64,000 bases of DNA from Patescibacteria group bacterium (GCA_038065615.1 JBBTQQ010000008.1:10658-74657); one strand, 5' to 3'. Shown: positions 1 through 9,911, counted from the first letter of the stretch. Program-made: numbers and translations. Notes: generated by a model not told the origin, from the sequence alone.

Positions 1-60
1 CATCCGTGGTTGTTTGGTGTAAGCAAAAGGAAAAAAGAATTAACCGCTGAAGGAAAGTAA
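1..60 (+). CDS. 3' end of upstream gene (partial; possibly secD)
   Basis: Frame 1 is open from position 1 to TAA at 58-60, immediately before secF. The product is inferred only from the conserved secD-secF order. Confidence 0.3.
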   Translation, partial: HPWLFGVSKRKKELTAEGK

Positions 61-63
61 ATC

Positions 64-957
64 ATGTTGAACATCATAAAACACTACAAATTTTGGTTTT
101 CAGTTTCTGCAGTGCTTTTCATAGCAGCAATAATTTCTCTTTCAATGTATGGCCTAAGACCAGGATTAGATTTCACAGGTGGTTCATTAGCACAGATTTC
201 TTTCAAGACCCAACCAAACATTCAAGCAATTAAAGACGAGGTTTCTAAGGTTGTTGAGAACGCAGCTGTTCAAACAGCAGGGGATACTGATGTTATTATT
301 AAAACCAAGGCTTTAGAAAAAGATCAGCTAGACAAGATATACGCAGGATTAAGAGCAACACAAGGCGAGTTTACTGAAAAATCATACAATTTAATTGGTC
401 CAATTGTTAGTAAAGAATTAGTCTGGAAAGCAATTTGGCAATTAGTTTTAGTTTCTCTTGGTATCGTTTTCTATATCGCATACGCATTTAGAAAGATTAC
501 AAAACCAATTACTTCGTGGAAATTCGGTTGGGCTGCAATCATTGCGTTACTTCATGACCTTGTAATTGTTCTTGGATTGTTTTCAATCTTAGGGCACTTT
601 GCACATGTTGAGGTAGATACAATGTTTGTTACAGCATTACTAACTGTTCTTGGTTTCTCAGTACATGACACAATCGTTGTTTTCGACAGAATTAGAGAAA
701 ATTTAAGAATTGAAGCAGGTAAACCAATTGATGAGATTGTTAATCACAGCATAAACCAAACAATCGTTCGTTCGTTAAACACTTCTTTGACAGTTTTGTT
801 TGTATTACTTTCTCTCTTGTTATTCGGTGGTGCGACAATCAAGTATTTTGTTCTAGCACTTTTCGTAGGAGTCATAGCTGGAACATACTCCTCAATATTT
901 ATTGCCAGCCCTCTCCTAGTTATCTGGGAGAAGTGGCAACATAGAAAAGCGTCCTAA
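64..957 (+). CDS. secF: Protein translocase subunit SecF
   Basis: 297 aa multi-TM protein with a GLDFTGG motif and SecF-like architecture. Confidence 0.8.
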   Translation: MLNIIKHYKFWFSVSAVLFIAAIISLSMYGLRPGLDFTGGSLAQISFKTQPNIQAIKDEVSKVVENAAVQTAGDTDVIIKTKALEKDQLDKIYAGLRATQGEFTEKSYNLIGPIVSKELVWKAIWQLVLVSLGIVFYIAYAFRKITKPITSWKFGWAAIIALLHDLVIVLGLFSILGHFAHVEVDTMFVTALLTVLGFSVHDTIVVFDRIRENLRIEAGKPIDEIVNHSINQTIVRSLNTSLTVLFVLLSLLLFGGATIKYFVLALFVGVIAGTYSSIFIASPLLVIWEKWQHRKAS

Positions 958-975
958 TAGGGCGCTTTTTAATAT

Positions 976-1869
976 ATGAAAATAGATCTACAAATACATA
1001 CAACTTTTTCTGATGGAAAAAACTCTCCAGAAGAAATAATAAAGATGGCGGTTGAAAATGACGTCAAAGTCATTTCAGTTACAGACCATGACTCAATAAA
1101 AGGGGTTAGTGGGATTATTGCACTCGGTAAAATAAACGGAGTTACAGTTATACCAGGAGTTGAGATAGCCACAGGTTACAAAAGTAAAGCTCTCCATATT
1201 TTAGGCTACAATGTAAATCCTCAAAACAAAGATTTACAAGAACTTTTTGATAGATCACGAAAAGAAAAAGTTGAGCACTACATCAAAGAACTTGAGGTCG
1301 TAAATCAAAACTTAAAAGTGGCGGGTAAAGACGAGCTTTCAGTTGAAATATACTCTGACGGAAAACACAGATACTCATACCCAGGTTTAATGGCTTTTTT
1401 AGTGGAACAAAAAGCAGTTCCTGATATTAACGGCACTGAACAGTTTATGAAAGGCGTCAAGCATGTTGCACCTTCTGTAACACCTAAACAAGCTTTTAAA
1501 TTCATTCATGATGCTGGAGGTTTAGCATATTTTTCACACCCATTATCTGCGGGTGGCATTTCTTTAAAAACTTTTTTAAATACACCAGAAGAATGGGAGG
1601 CTGTCATCGCTGAGTTTGAGGCAGACGGTTTGGATGGTTTAGAGATATATCAGGGGTCTCATATAAAAGAAGATCGAGATTTCTTGCTAGATATGGCTTC
1701 TAAATACGATTTGAAGATTAGCGCTGGTAGTGATTGGCATGGTCCTGCTTCTATGCTTTCTACTTCGTTGCTTAAAACAACACCAAATTACCCTGAAAAG
1801 ATAGGGGATTTAGAGATTCCTGAGGATAAAGTGGTTCTAATACTTCAGGGCCTTGGAATTACTGCGTGA
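976..1869 (+). CDS. PHP-domain metal-dependent phosphoesterase
   Basis: N-terminal IDLQIHTTFSDG...VTDHD histidine motifs typical of the PHP (polymerase/histidinol phosphatase) fold. Confidence 0.75.
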   Translation: MKIDLQIHTTFSDGKNSPEEIIKMAVENDVKVISVTDHDSIKGVSGIIALGKINGVTVIPGVEIATGYKSKALHILGYNVNPQNKDLQELFDRSRKEKVEHYIKELEVVNQNLKVAGKDELSVEIYSDGKHRYSYPGLMAFLVEQKAVPDINGTEQFMKGVKHVAPSVTPKQAFKFIHDAGGLAYFSHPLSAGGISLKTFLNTPEEWEAVIAEFEADGLDGLEIYQGSHIKEDRDFLLDMASKYDLKISAGSDWHGPASMLSTSLLKTTPNYPEKIGDLEIPEDKVVLILQGLGITA

Positions 1870-1936
1870 GACTGTATTCTTGACACAATGTAAAGTTTAT
1901 GATATATTCTAGGCGTATAGAAAAATACGTCTTTTT

Positions 1937-3070
1937 ATGTCAGATTCAATAGAACAAGAGAAAAAAGCAATATCTGGGATTTTGGATAAAATCATAGACA
2001 GCAAGCAAACTGTCTCTTTACAGAATTTTGAGCCCGCTTTAGTAGCTGGTAAGATATTAAGCTTGTTAAAAGAAAGAGATCGCCAGATCCTTGCAAAGCG
2101 TTTTGGTTTGCTTGGCTTTCCAGCAAAAACCCTTGAGGCAATAGGTAAGGAACACAATTTAACCAGAGAACGAGTTAGACAGATTGAAAAGGATTCAATC
2201 AAGTTTTTGCGTTCTAAACTAGATCAAGAACAGCTTGCAGAATCTGTCAAAGTTTTAGCGCATATTATTCACGATTCTGGAAGAATCATTAAAGAACTTG
2301 AGTTAATCAAGCTTTTGAGTTTTGAGTCTACTGAAGCAGAAAAGCGCTCTGTTTTGTTTTTGTTACATATTGCAGAAGAATTGTTAGAAGTTAAGGAATC
2401 TGAGTTGTATCATGCAGCTTGGGCTTCAGTTACATACAATCACGAGTTCTTTGAAAATATAATCAAGACTGCACGTGAAATACTAACAGCAGAAGGTAAA
2501 CCAATAACTGAATTAAACCTGATTGAAAAACTACAGCAAAGCGAATTCTACAAGAATAACCAGAAAGATTTAAACGAAAAGATTCTAAAGACATACATTG
2601 AGATTAGCAAAGAGATTGCTAGAAATCCTTTTGGTGAATATGGTTTGAAAGATTGGCGTGAGATTAAACCAAAAGACGTTGGTGACAAAGCATACATTGT
2701 TTTAAAGCATCATGCAAAACCATCCCACTATTCTGAAATTACAGAAATGATCAACAAGCATGGTTTTGACAAGAGAACCGCAAACAAAGAAAGCGTACAC
2801 AATGAACTAATCAAAGACGGACGTTTTGTTTTAGTTGGTCGTGGTATTTATGCCTTGACTGAATGGGGCTACAAGAAAGGCGTTGTTGCTGATGTCATTA
2901 TTGAAATACTAGAAAGATCAAACCAACCACTAAGTAGAGATGAGATCATTTCAGAAGTTATGAAAAAGCGTATGGTTAAAAGAAATACTGTTTTAGTTGC
3001 TCTTTCAAACAAGAGTCTTTTCAACAAAGTTCAAAGAAATAAGTACGAGTTAGTAACTAGAGCAAAATAA
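1937..3070 (+). CDS. Putative transcription factor: sigma-70 region-4-like HTH plus two HARE-HTH-like winged-helix repeats
   Basis: LTRERVRQIEKDSIKFLR matches the sigma-70 region 4 signature. Two C-terminal repeats (HYSEITEMINKHGF... and LSRDEIISEVMKK...) resemble HARE-HTH / RpoE-delta N-terminal domains. Confidence 0.5.
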   Translation: MSDSIEQEKKAISGILDKIIDSKQTVSLQNFEPALVAGKILSLLKERDRQILAKRFGLLGFPAKTLEAIGKEHNLTRERVRQIEKDSIKFLRSKLDQEQLAESVKVLAHIIHDSGRIIKELELIKLLSFESTEAEKRSVLFLLHIAEELLEVKESELYHAAWASVTYNHEFFENIIKTAREILTAEGKPITELNLIEKLQQSEFYKNNQKDLNEKILKTYIEISKEIARNPFGEYGLKDWREIKPKDVGDKAYIVLKHHAKPSHYSEITEMINKHGFDKRTANKESVHNELIKDGRFVLVGRGIYALTEWGYKKGVVADVIIEILERSNQPLSRDEIISEVMKKRMVKRNTVLVALSNKSLFNKVQRNKYELVTRAK

Positions 3071-3102
3071 GCTTTTTGCTTTTCTAAACCAAGAAACAAA
3101 AA

Positions 3103-4422
3103 ATGGGAATTTTTTCAACGATATCAGAAGGTTTTGGTTCAACCATCTCCACAGGATGGTATTTGTTTGTACATTGGTATGGTTGGGTTTTGTTCGTCAT
3201 CGCGGGTTTTTACATAGTTAGAAAGCTTTATCAGGACAAGATCATGGATGATTATGTCTTTTCTAACAAAAGAATTTTTTTACATATAAAAATAGAGAAA
3301 GAGAATTTGCAGAGCACCCTTGCTGTTGAACAAATTTTTGCCAGTATGCACGCTATGCACCAGAACTTTACCTGGGCTGAACGATGGTTAGAGGGTTTAG
3401 TGAACCTTTGGTGGACAGCAGAAATGGTAAGTTTAGGCGGTAAAATCTCTTTCATCATTTCAGTCCCAGAAAAAGTAAGAGGTCTTGCTTTAAGTTCTTT
3501 TTACGCGTATTACCCAAACGCAGAAATTGCCGAGGTTGAGGATTACATGAAGAACCTAACTCATTTGGATGATAATTCTTCTTGGGATATATGGGGCACT
3601 GAATACAAATTTACTAGAGACTGGGCTTACCCAATCAGAACATGGAGAGAATTTGAACACCCAGCAGCAGAAGAACCAGTCATTGATCCAATGGCAGGAG
3701 TTTTGGAAGCATTAAGTAGAGCAGAACCGCATGAAATGCTTGCAATTCAAATTGTCATGCGTCCAATTGCTGACAAAGACTGGGCTCCTCACTCAGAAGA
3801 AGTAGTTCAAGCATTAAAAGAAGAGGGTGATCACCACGTTCCATTCTTAGAAAGGATTTTACCTTTCTTAGCTTGGGGTAGTAAAAAAACAGTTTTAGAA
3901 GCAATACAAAAAGGTGGTGGTCAAGGCGCACATGGAGAAGAACAAAAGCAACCAAAAGTAATGCGTATGACAGAAGGTGAACGAAATACAGTTAAAGGAA
4001 TTGAAACCAAAGCAACCAAACCTGCATTTCAAACAAAGATTCGCCACCTATACATTGCACCAAAAGACAAGTTTGACAAGAACAAGAAGAGCTTACTTGT
4101 CGGCGCTTACAGGCAATTTGGAGCGGTTAATTCAAACAATTTAAAACCAGATGTTAATGGAACTTGGACAAACTATAACTACGCGATGTTTGAAGCCTTA
4201 GAAAAACCTTTTGTTAAGTTTATGATTATGGAAAGAAAACATTTATTACTTCAAGGTTTTGTTAATAGAAGCAGATGGATTGGTATTGATCCAATGATCA
4301 TGAACATTGAAGAGCTAGCAACGTTGTACCACTTCCCATTAAATACAGCCTCAACTCCTCCCGTTGAAAGAATTGATATTAAAAAAGGTCAGCCACCAGC
4401 TAACCTTCCGGTTATGAGCTAA
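3103..4422 (+). CDS. Hypothetical membrane-anchored protein, likely partner of the downstream coupling ATPase
   Basis: N-terminal TM helix. Its stop lies 3 nt before the start of the VirD4/TraG-like gene. No recognisable catalytic motifs. Confidence 0.5.
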   Translation: MGIFSTISEGFGSTISTGWYLFVHWYGWVLFVIAGFYIVRKLYQDKIMDDYVFSNKRIFLHIKIEKENLQSTLAVEQIFASMHAMHQNFTWAERWLEGLVNLWWTAEMVSLGGKISFIISVPEKVRGLALSSFYAYYPNAEIAEVEDYMKNLTHLDDNSSWDIWGTEYKFTRDWAYPIRTWREFEHPAAEEPVIDPMAGVLEALSRAEPHEMLAIQIVMRPIADKDWAPHSEEVVQALKEEGDHHVPFLERILPFLAWGSKKTVLEAIQKGGGQGAHGEEQKQPKVMRMTEGERNTVKGIETKATKPAFQTKIRHLYIAPKDKFDKNKKSLLVGAYRQFGAVNSNNLKPDVNGTWTNYNYAMFEALEKPFVKFMIMERKHLLLQGFVNRSRWIGIDPMIMNIEELATLYHFPLNTASTPPVERIDIKKGQPPANLPVMS

Positions 4423-4425
4423 ACT

Positions 4426-6111
4426 ATGCAAAACGAAAACGAAGTCACATTATTCGCCAAAACCAATTTCCGAAACAAGCAGGTGCCTTTTGGTATCAAG
4501 AGAGAAGATCGTAGAAAGCACATGTATGTCATCGGTAAAACTGGCATGGGCAAAACAACGATGATGGAAAACATGATCATCCAAGACATTGTTAATGACA
4601 ATGGTCTTGCTTTTGTTGATCCGCACGGCGATTCAGTTGAGAAGATTTTAAACTATATACCAGCCAGAAGAATAAACGACGTGGTGTATTTTAACCCGTC
4701 AGACATGGAATTTCCAATTGCTTTTAACATTCTTGAATCAGTCGATCCAAGATACAAGCATTTAGTCGCATCAGGATTAATGGGAGTGTTTACAAAGATA
4801 TGGGCAAACCTTTGGTCTGCTCGTATGGAATATATTTTAAACAATGCTATCTTAGCTTTACTTGATTCACCAGGGAATACACTTCTTGGTATTTCAAGAA
4901 TGTTAATTGACAAAAAATATAGAAAGCGGATCGTTGATAACGTAAAGGATCCGGTTGTTAGATCTTTCTGGCAAGATGAGTTTGCTAACTGGAACGAGAA
5001 ATATAGAATGGAAGCAATTGCTCCAATCCAAAACAAAGTTGGACAGTTCCTTTCTTCAGGAATCATTAGAAATATTGTTGGTCAACCAAAATCAACCGTT
5101 GATTTAAGAGATTTAATGGATAACAAAAAGATTTTGTTAATGAACCTTTCAAAAGGACGTGTTGGTGAAGACAATTCAGCGCTTCTTGGCGCCATGATTA
5201 TTACCAAACTTCAATTAGCGGCTCTTTCTCGTGTTGATATCCCAGAAGAAGATCGTAATGACTTCTATCTATATGTAGATGAATTTCAAAACTTTGCAAC
5301 AGAATCATTTGCAACAATTCTTTCTGAAGCAAGAAAATACCGCCTTAATTTAATTATTGGTCACCAATACATTGGTCAGCTAGTTCAGGAAAACAACAAC
5401 ACAAAGGTTAGAGACGCTGTATTTGGAAACGTTGGAACAATCGTAACATTCAGAGTTGGTGCTGCTGATGCTGAATTCTTAGAAAAGGAGTTCATGCCAA
5501 TATTCACAGAAAACGATCTTGTAAATATTCCAAAACATACAGTTATATTAAAGTTAATGATAAACGGGGTTGCTTCAGATCCTTTTACTGCAGAAACACT
5601 TCCTCCTGGAACATATGAAAAAACAGATAATGGTGAAAAGATTATTCGTGTTTCTAGAGAAAGATATGCAAATCCAGTAACTGATGTTGAGGACAAGATA
5701 ACTAAATGGATGGGGCAAGAGTTCCATGAGCAGGCTGCGTTAATAGCTGGAAACCAAGTTTTGGAGGGTGAAGAACAATTGGCTCCTCAAGCACCTATAC
5801 AGCAAGAGGTTTCAGCTCAACCAGAGATGGTAGAAGCTCCAAAAGCCATGGTTATGCAACAAGCTGAGGCTATAGAAAAAAAAGAAACTCTTCCAAACCC
5901 TGAAAAGAAAAAGAAAAAGAAATCAGGTAATCCAAACAACAGGAGAGACGAGAATCCAATCTGGAATACAGTTGCTAAAATGACTGATCAAAAGATCAAA
6001 GAAACTGAAACCCCTAATGTCTTGTTAAAGACTCTAGAAACAGTTAAAGTGTCTGAGAGTCCAAAAAAAGTCCTTAAACCTGGAGAATCAGTAAAGCTTG
6101 ATGAAATCTAA
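4426..6111 (+). CDS. VirD4/TraG/TraD-family type IV coupling-protein-like ATPase with low-complexity K-rich C-terminal tail
   Basis: Walker A (IGKTGMGKTT), Walker B (YLYVDEFQNF) and the TrwB/TraD-like layout (NLIIGHQYIGQL). C-terminus KKKKKKSGNPNNRRDE. Confidence 0.65.
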   Translation: MQNENEVTLFAKTNFRNKQVPFGIKREDRRKHMYVIGKTGMGKTTMMENMIIQDIVNDNGLAFVDPHGDSVEKILNYIPARRINDVVYFNPSDMEFPIAFNILESVDPRYKHLVASGLMGVFTKIWANLWSARMEYILNNAILALLDSPGNTLLGISRMLIDKKYRKRIVDNVKDPVVRSFWQDEFANWNEKYRMEAIAPIQNKVGQFLSSGIIRNIVGQPKSTVDLRDLMDNKKILLMNLSKGRVGEDNSALLGAMIITKLQLAALSRVDIPEEDRNDFYLYVDEFQNFATESFATILSEARKYRLNLIIGHQYIGQLVQENNNTKVRDAVFGNVGTIVTFRVGAADAEFLEKEFMPIFTENDLVNIPKHTVILKLMINGVASDPFTAETLPPGTYEKTDNGEKIIRVSRERYANPVTDVEDKITKWMGQEFHEQAALIAGNQVLEGEEQLAPQAPIQQEVSAQPEMVEAPKAMVMQQAEAIEKKETLPNPEKKKKKKSGNPNNRRDENPIWNTVAKMTDQKIKETETPNVLLKTLETVKVSESPKKVLKPGESVKLDEI

Positions 6112-7174
6112 GAAGATTTTAAAACAAAAGAAAAAAGTATTAGTAGCGCTTTCAGGCGGAATTGACTCTGCGGTAAGCGCTGCTTTGTTGTTGCAACAAG
6201 GATATATTGTTGAAGCTGGGTTTATGAAAAATTGGAGTTCAACCGAAGGGCTATTACGAAATGAATGTCCTTGGCTTGATGACAGAAGAGAAGCTTTAAA
6301 GGTTGCTGCGTCTTTAAACATTCCATTGCATACTTTTGATTTTGAAAAACAATATCAAGAAAAAGTAATGCAGTATTTCTTTAAAGAATACAAAGCAGGC
6401 AGAACTCCAAACCCTGATGTCATGTGTAACAAAGAGATCAAGTTTAAGCTCCTCTATGACAAAGTAATCAACACGGGCTTTGATTACATTGCGACAGGAC
6501 ACTATGCTCAGATTAAAAACAACAAACTCATCAGATCAACAGATGAATTTAAGGATCAAACATACTTCATCTACAACCTTAAAAAAGAACAACTAAAACA
6601 TATTCTTTTCCCAATCGGAGACTTAAAGAAGACAAAAGTTCGACAACTTGCAAAAAAGATTCATCTTCCAAACGCAGACCGTAAAGAAAGTATGGGTCTT
6701 TGTTTTGTTGGAAAGATTCGTTTAGATCAGTTTCTTTCGCAGAAACTCAAACCAAAACAAGGAAACATAGTCGATACAAAAGGCAATGTTATTGGAACAC
6801 ACAAAGGCACTTCTTTCTACACATTAGGGCAAAGACAGGGGTTAGGTATAGGAGGAACAGGTGGCCCTTACTATATCGCAAAAAAAGACGTTAAAAAGAA
6901 TCTTTTGGTAGTTACCGAAGATCCACATGACAAGCTTTTAGAGTTTAAAGAGATCCATGTTTCAGAGATTAACTGGATTGATATACCAAAGAAATACCCG
7001 ATTGTTTGTAAAGGGCGTTTTAGACACCAACAAGCGCTTCAGGAGTTGAATCTTCACAAAGAAAAAACAGGGTACATTGTTAGGTTCAAAAAACCACAAT
7101 TCGCAATTGCTTCAGGACAAAGCCTTGTTTTGTATAAAGGAAAAGAGTGTTTAGGTGGGGGAGTGATTATCTAA
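6098..7174 (+). CDS. mnmA: tRNA-specific 2-thiouridylase MnmA
   Basis: PP-loop SGGIDS, conserved catalytic cysteines and full-length similarity to MnmA. Overlaps the upstream gene by 14 nt. Confidence 0.9.
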   Translation: MMKSKKILKQKKKVLVALSGGIDSAVSAALLLQQGYIVEAGFMKNWSSTEGLLRNECPWLDDRREALKVAASLNIPLHTFDFEKQYQEKVMQYFFKEYKAGRTPNPDVMCNKEIKFKLLYDKVINTGFDYIATGHYAQIKNNKLIRSTDEFKDQTYFIYNLKKEQLKHILFPIGDLKKTKVRQLAKKIHLPNADRKESMGLCFVGKIRLDQFLSQKLKPKQGNIVDTKGNVIGTHKGTSFYTLGQRQGLGIGGTGGPYYIAKKDVKKNLLVVTEDPHDKLLEFKEIHVSEINWIDIPKKYPIVCKGRFRHQQALQELNLHKEKTGYIVRFKKPQFAIASGQSLVLYKGKECLGGGVII

Positions 7175-7205
7175 CAATAACCGCGTCTAATAACTGTACA
7201 GCCCA

Positions 7206-7234
7206 TTGACTAATACCACCGAAAGTGGTATTTT
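7206..7234 (+). promoter_or_regulatory. Sigma-70-like promoter candidate (TTGACT-N17-TATTTT) flanked by inverted repeat TGACTAA/TTAGTCA
   Basis: TTGACT at 7206-7211, 17-nt spacer, TATTTT at 7229-7234. Inverted repeat arms at 7207-7213 and 7241-7247. Lies upstream of the GC-rich small ORF. Confidence 0.35.
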
Positions 7235-7284
7235 TTGATGTTAGTCAGTCATGCAGGAGGATCACCATTCCACCGAGGAAGACC

Positions 7285-7557
7285 ATGCGACAAATCGATT
7301 TGTGGGGCCTGCTTCATGAAGCTGCCATCGCTGACAGCCCTGCTGAGGCTCAAGAGTTCCGCGAGAAGTTCTTGAAAGCCATCAGCGCCCTGGATAGCTG
7401 GACCCAGTGCATCATGCTTGACCTGTACGACGAGGTGTTGCGTCGGTGTCCAGAGGAGCTTCCAAGGCAGATGATCTTCTACATGTACTGCGGCAGTAGC
7501 CGAGTTGGCACGACAGAGCATGGACTCGGCGTTCTTGAGCCCGAGGTGCTGCTCTAG
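7285..7557 (+). CDS. Hypothetical 90-aa protein encoded in a high-GC island (anomalous composition)
   Basis: ORF with GC-rich codons (CTG, GCC, CGC) in an island of about 57% GC within a roughly 35% GC context. GAGGAAG lies 3 nt before the ATG and AGGAGG lies 24 nt upstream. In-frame ATT/ATC are possible alternative starts at 7267/7261. The antisense ORF 7249-7641 looks like a by-product. Confidence 0.4.
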   Translation: MRQIDLWGLLHEAAIADSPAEAQEFREKFLKAISALDSWTQCIMLDLYDEVLRRCPEELPRQMIFYMYCGSSRVGTTEHGLGVLEPEVLL

Positions 7558-7603
7558 TTGGACAACGAGGCGTCCGTGTAGCGCTGTTCTCGCGACAACA
7601 AAA

Positions 7604-7635
7604 CAGGGGCGATCTCTTTGCTGAGACCGCCCCTG
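7604..7635 (-). terminator. GC-rich hairpin terminator (CAGGGGCG/CGCCCCTG); on minus strand followed by TTTTGTTGTC, directly 3' of hppA
   Basis: Perfect 8-bp GC stem, then a T-run on the minus strand. May also terminate the + strand small ORF. Confidence 0.6.
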
Positions 7636-7655
7636 TGTCACGTTTGGGTATATCT

Positions 7656-9644
7656 TTAGTGTTTAATGAACTTAACCATCAACAACGCGACAATGTTAAT
7701 AATTTTAATCATTGGGTTAATTGCAGGTCCTGCGGTATCTTTGTATGGATCACCAACAGTGTCTCCTGTAACTGCTGCTTGATGAGCAAAGGATTTCTTT
7801 CCACCATGATGACCTTCCTCAATGTATTTCTTTGCATTGTCCCATGCAGCACCACCGGTTGTCATGGATATACCAACAAACAAACCAGTGACTATGGAAC
7901 CAACAATCAAACCGCCAAGTGCTTTAGCACCAAGAGTTAATCCCACAACGATTGGAACAACTACTGGGATGAGGGCTGGAATAATCATTTCTTTAATCGC
8001 GGCTTTAGTTACGATATCAACAGCCTTTGTGTAGTCTGGTTTTGCTGTTCCTTCCATAATCCCTTTAATCTCTCTAAACTGTCTTCTAACTTCTTCTACA
8101 ACAGCATGTGCTGCTTTTCCAACAGCTTGCATTGCAATGGAAGCAAAGAGGTAAGGCAACAAACCTCCAATGAACAAACCAACTAAAACTTTTGGATCTG
8201 AAATATCAAAGCCAGTATTAATTCCTCTATTTGTTAATTCTTGTGAGAATGAAGCAAACAGGATGATCGCAGCAAGTCCAGCTGATGCGATTGCATAACC
8301 TTTTGTTACTGCTTTTGTTGTGTTTCCAACAGCATCTAAAGGATCAGTAATATCTCTTACTTCTTGAGGCATACCAGCCATTTCAGCAATACCACCAGCA
8401 TTGTCAGTTATTGGTCCAAACGCATCAATTGCAACAACAATTCCTGTCAGAGACAACATGCTCATGACAGCCAAAGCAACACCGTAAAGTCCTGCTTGAT
8501 TGTGTGACACCAAAATTGCAGCAACAATTGCTAACACAGGTAGCGCTGTTGATTGCATTGAAACAGCAAGACCTGTAATGATATTTGTTCCGTGTCCAGT
8601 TGTTGAAGCTTGCGCAATATCTCGCACAGGTTTAAAGCTTTTTGATGTGTAGTACTCTGTGATTAAAACAATAGCCGCGGTTACTACAAGACCCATTAAA
8701 GCAGAGGTGTAAAGCTGCCAGAAAGTAAACTGTGTTTGAGCTGCCATCATGCTTTGAGTAATAGGGTAGAAAGCAACCGCAGAAAGAAGTCCTGAAACAA
8801 TAAGGCCTTTGTAAAGCGCGCCCATAATACTTTTTTTAGAGCCAAGTCTAACAAAAAATGTTCCAATAATTGTTGTAATGATTGAAGCTGCACCTAGGAT
8901 TAAAGGATAGGTAATTGCTGCTTCGAAATCTTTGAAAGTTAAAGAACCAAGAAGCATAACTGCGATTGCTGAAACAACGTATGTTTCAAACAAATCTGCT
9001 GCCATACCCGCATCATCACCAACATTGTCACCAACATTGTCTGCAATGACTGCTGGGTTTCTTGGATCATCTTCTGGAATACCGCTTTCTAGTTTACCAA
9101 CTAAGTCAGCACCAACATCAGCACCTTTTGTAAAGATTCCACCACCGAGTCTTGCAAATACAGAAATTAAGGAAGCTCCGAAACCAAGACCAATTAAAGC
9201 GTTTAAGTCTTTGTTAAAAGCGTAGAATCCTGCGACAGAAAGAAGTCCAAGACCTACTACAAACAAACCTGTTACTGTTCCGCCTTGAAAAGCAACAGAA
9301 AGAGCATGTCCTAAACCTTTCCTTGCAGCCTCAGCTGTTCTGACATTTGCTCTAACAGCAACATTCATTCCAATGTAACCTGCTAGTGCTGAAGCAACTG
9401 CTCCAATCAAAAAACCGACGATTGTGCCGGTGCTAAAATGAAAGACCCACATTAAAATTGCTAAAACAAGCGCAACGCCTGCAACAGTCTTGTACTGTCT
9501 GTTTAAGTACGCGTTTGCCCCCTGTTGTATAGCTTGCGCTATTTCCCTCATTTTCTCATTACCTTGCTCTTTCTTCAAAACATTGAAGATGAGCGCTGTA
9601 CCGTAAATTAAAGAAAGCACAGCTGCTATGATCGGAAAGGTCAT
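7656..9644 (-). CDS. hppA: Membrane-bound proton/sodium-translocating pyrophosphatase (H+-PPase)
   Basis: 662-aa polytopic protein with the diagnostic DNVGDNVGD motif and HppA-like overall sequence. Confidence 0.9.
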   Translation of the reverse strand: MTFPIIAAVLSLIYGTALIFNVLKKEQGNEKMREIAQAIQQGANAYLNRQYKTVAGVALVLAILMWVFHFSTGTIVGFLIGAVASALAGYIGMNVAVRANVRTAEAARKGLGHALSVAFQGGTVTGLFVVGLGLLSVAGFYAFNKDLNALIGLGFGASLISVFARLGGGIFTKGADVGADLVGKLESGIPEDDPRNPAVIADNVGDNVGDDAGMAADLFETYVVSAIAVMLLGSLTFKDFEAAITYPLILGAASIITTIIGTFFVRLGSKKSIMGALYKGLIVSGLLSAVAFYPITQSMMAAQTQFTFWQLYTSALMGLVVTAAIVLITEYYTSKSFKPVRDIAQASTTGHGTNIITGLAVSMQSTALPVLAIVAAILVSHNQAGLYGVALAVMSMLSLTGIVVAIDAFGPITDNAGGIAEMAGMPQEVRDITDPLDAVGNTTKAVTKGYAIASAGLAAIILFASFSQELTNRGINTGFDISDPKVLVGLFIGGLLPYLFASIAMQAVGKAAHAVVEEVRRQFREIKGIMEGTAKPDYTKAVDIVTKAAIKEMIIPALIPVVVPIVVGLTLGAKALGGLIVGSIVTGLFVGISMTTGGAAWDNAKKYIEEGHHGGKKSFAHQAAVTGDTVGDPYKDTAGPAINPMIKIINIVALLMVKFIKH

Positions 9645-9743
9645 ATCTTTGTTCTTTTTCTTAATTAAAAGGTTAATTTTACTTGCTTATTATGCCAAAA
9701 AAGCCCAGGTTTTGCAATACCTTAAGGCTTTGACTGTCAACAC

Positions 9744-9911
9744 TATTTACTTATGTCTTGATCTTTGAAAAATGATGGTAAAACCCCATATTCCAATGAG
9801 CAAGTGTATCAGGAGGATATATGCCGGTAGATCAAAGTATTCCTTGAAGGCAAACCCTAAAACACCGACTAAAATACCTCCAGTAGCACAAACTACAGCG
9901 TATAGTTTCAT
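9744..9911 (-). CDS. Small hydrophobic protein (55 aa), candidate
   Basis: ATG overlaps the stop of the upstream small ORF (TAATG coupling). Two predicted TM segments. Lies upstream of hppA on the same strand. Confidence 0.3.

Noticed and set aside
7249-7641. 130-aa minus-strand ORF across the high-GC island
   Set aside because: It is R/A/L/G-rich with no amphipathic pattern and no RBS, typical of the antisense shadow of a GC-rich coding region. The plus-strand 90-aa ORF has the SD and the better protein-like sequence.
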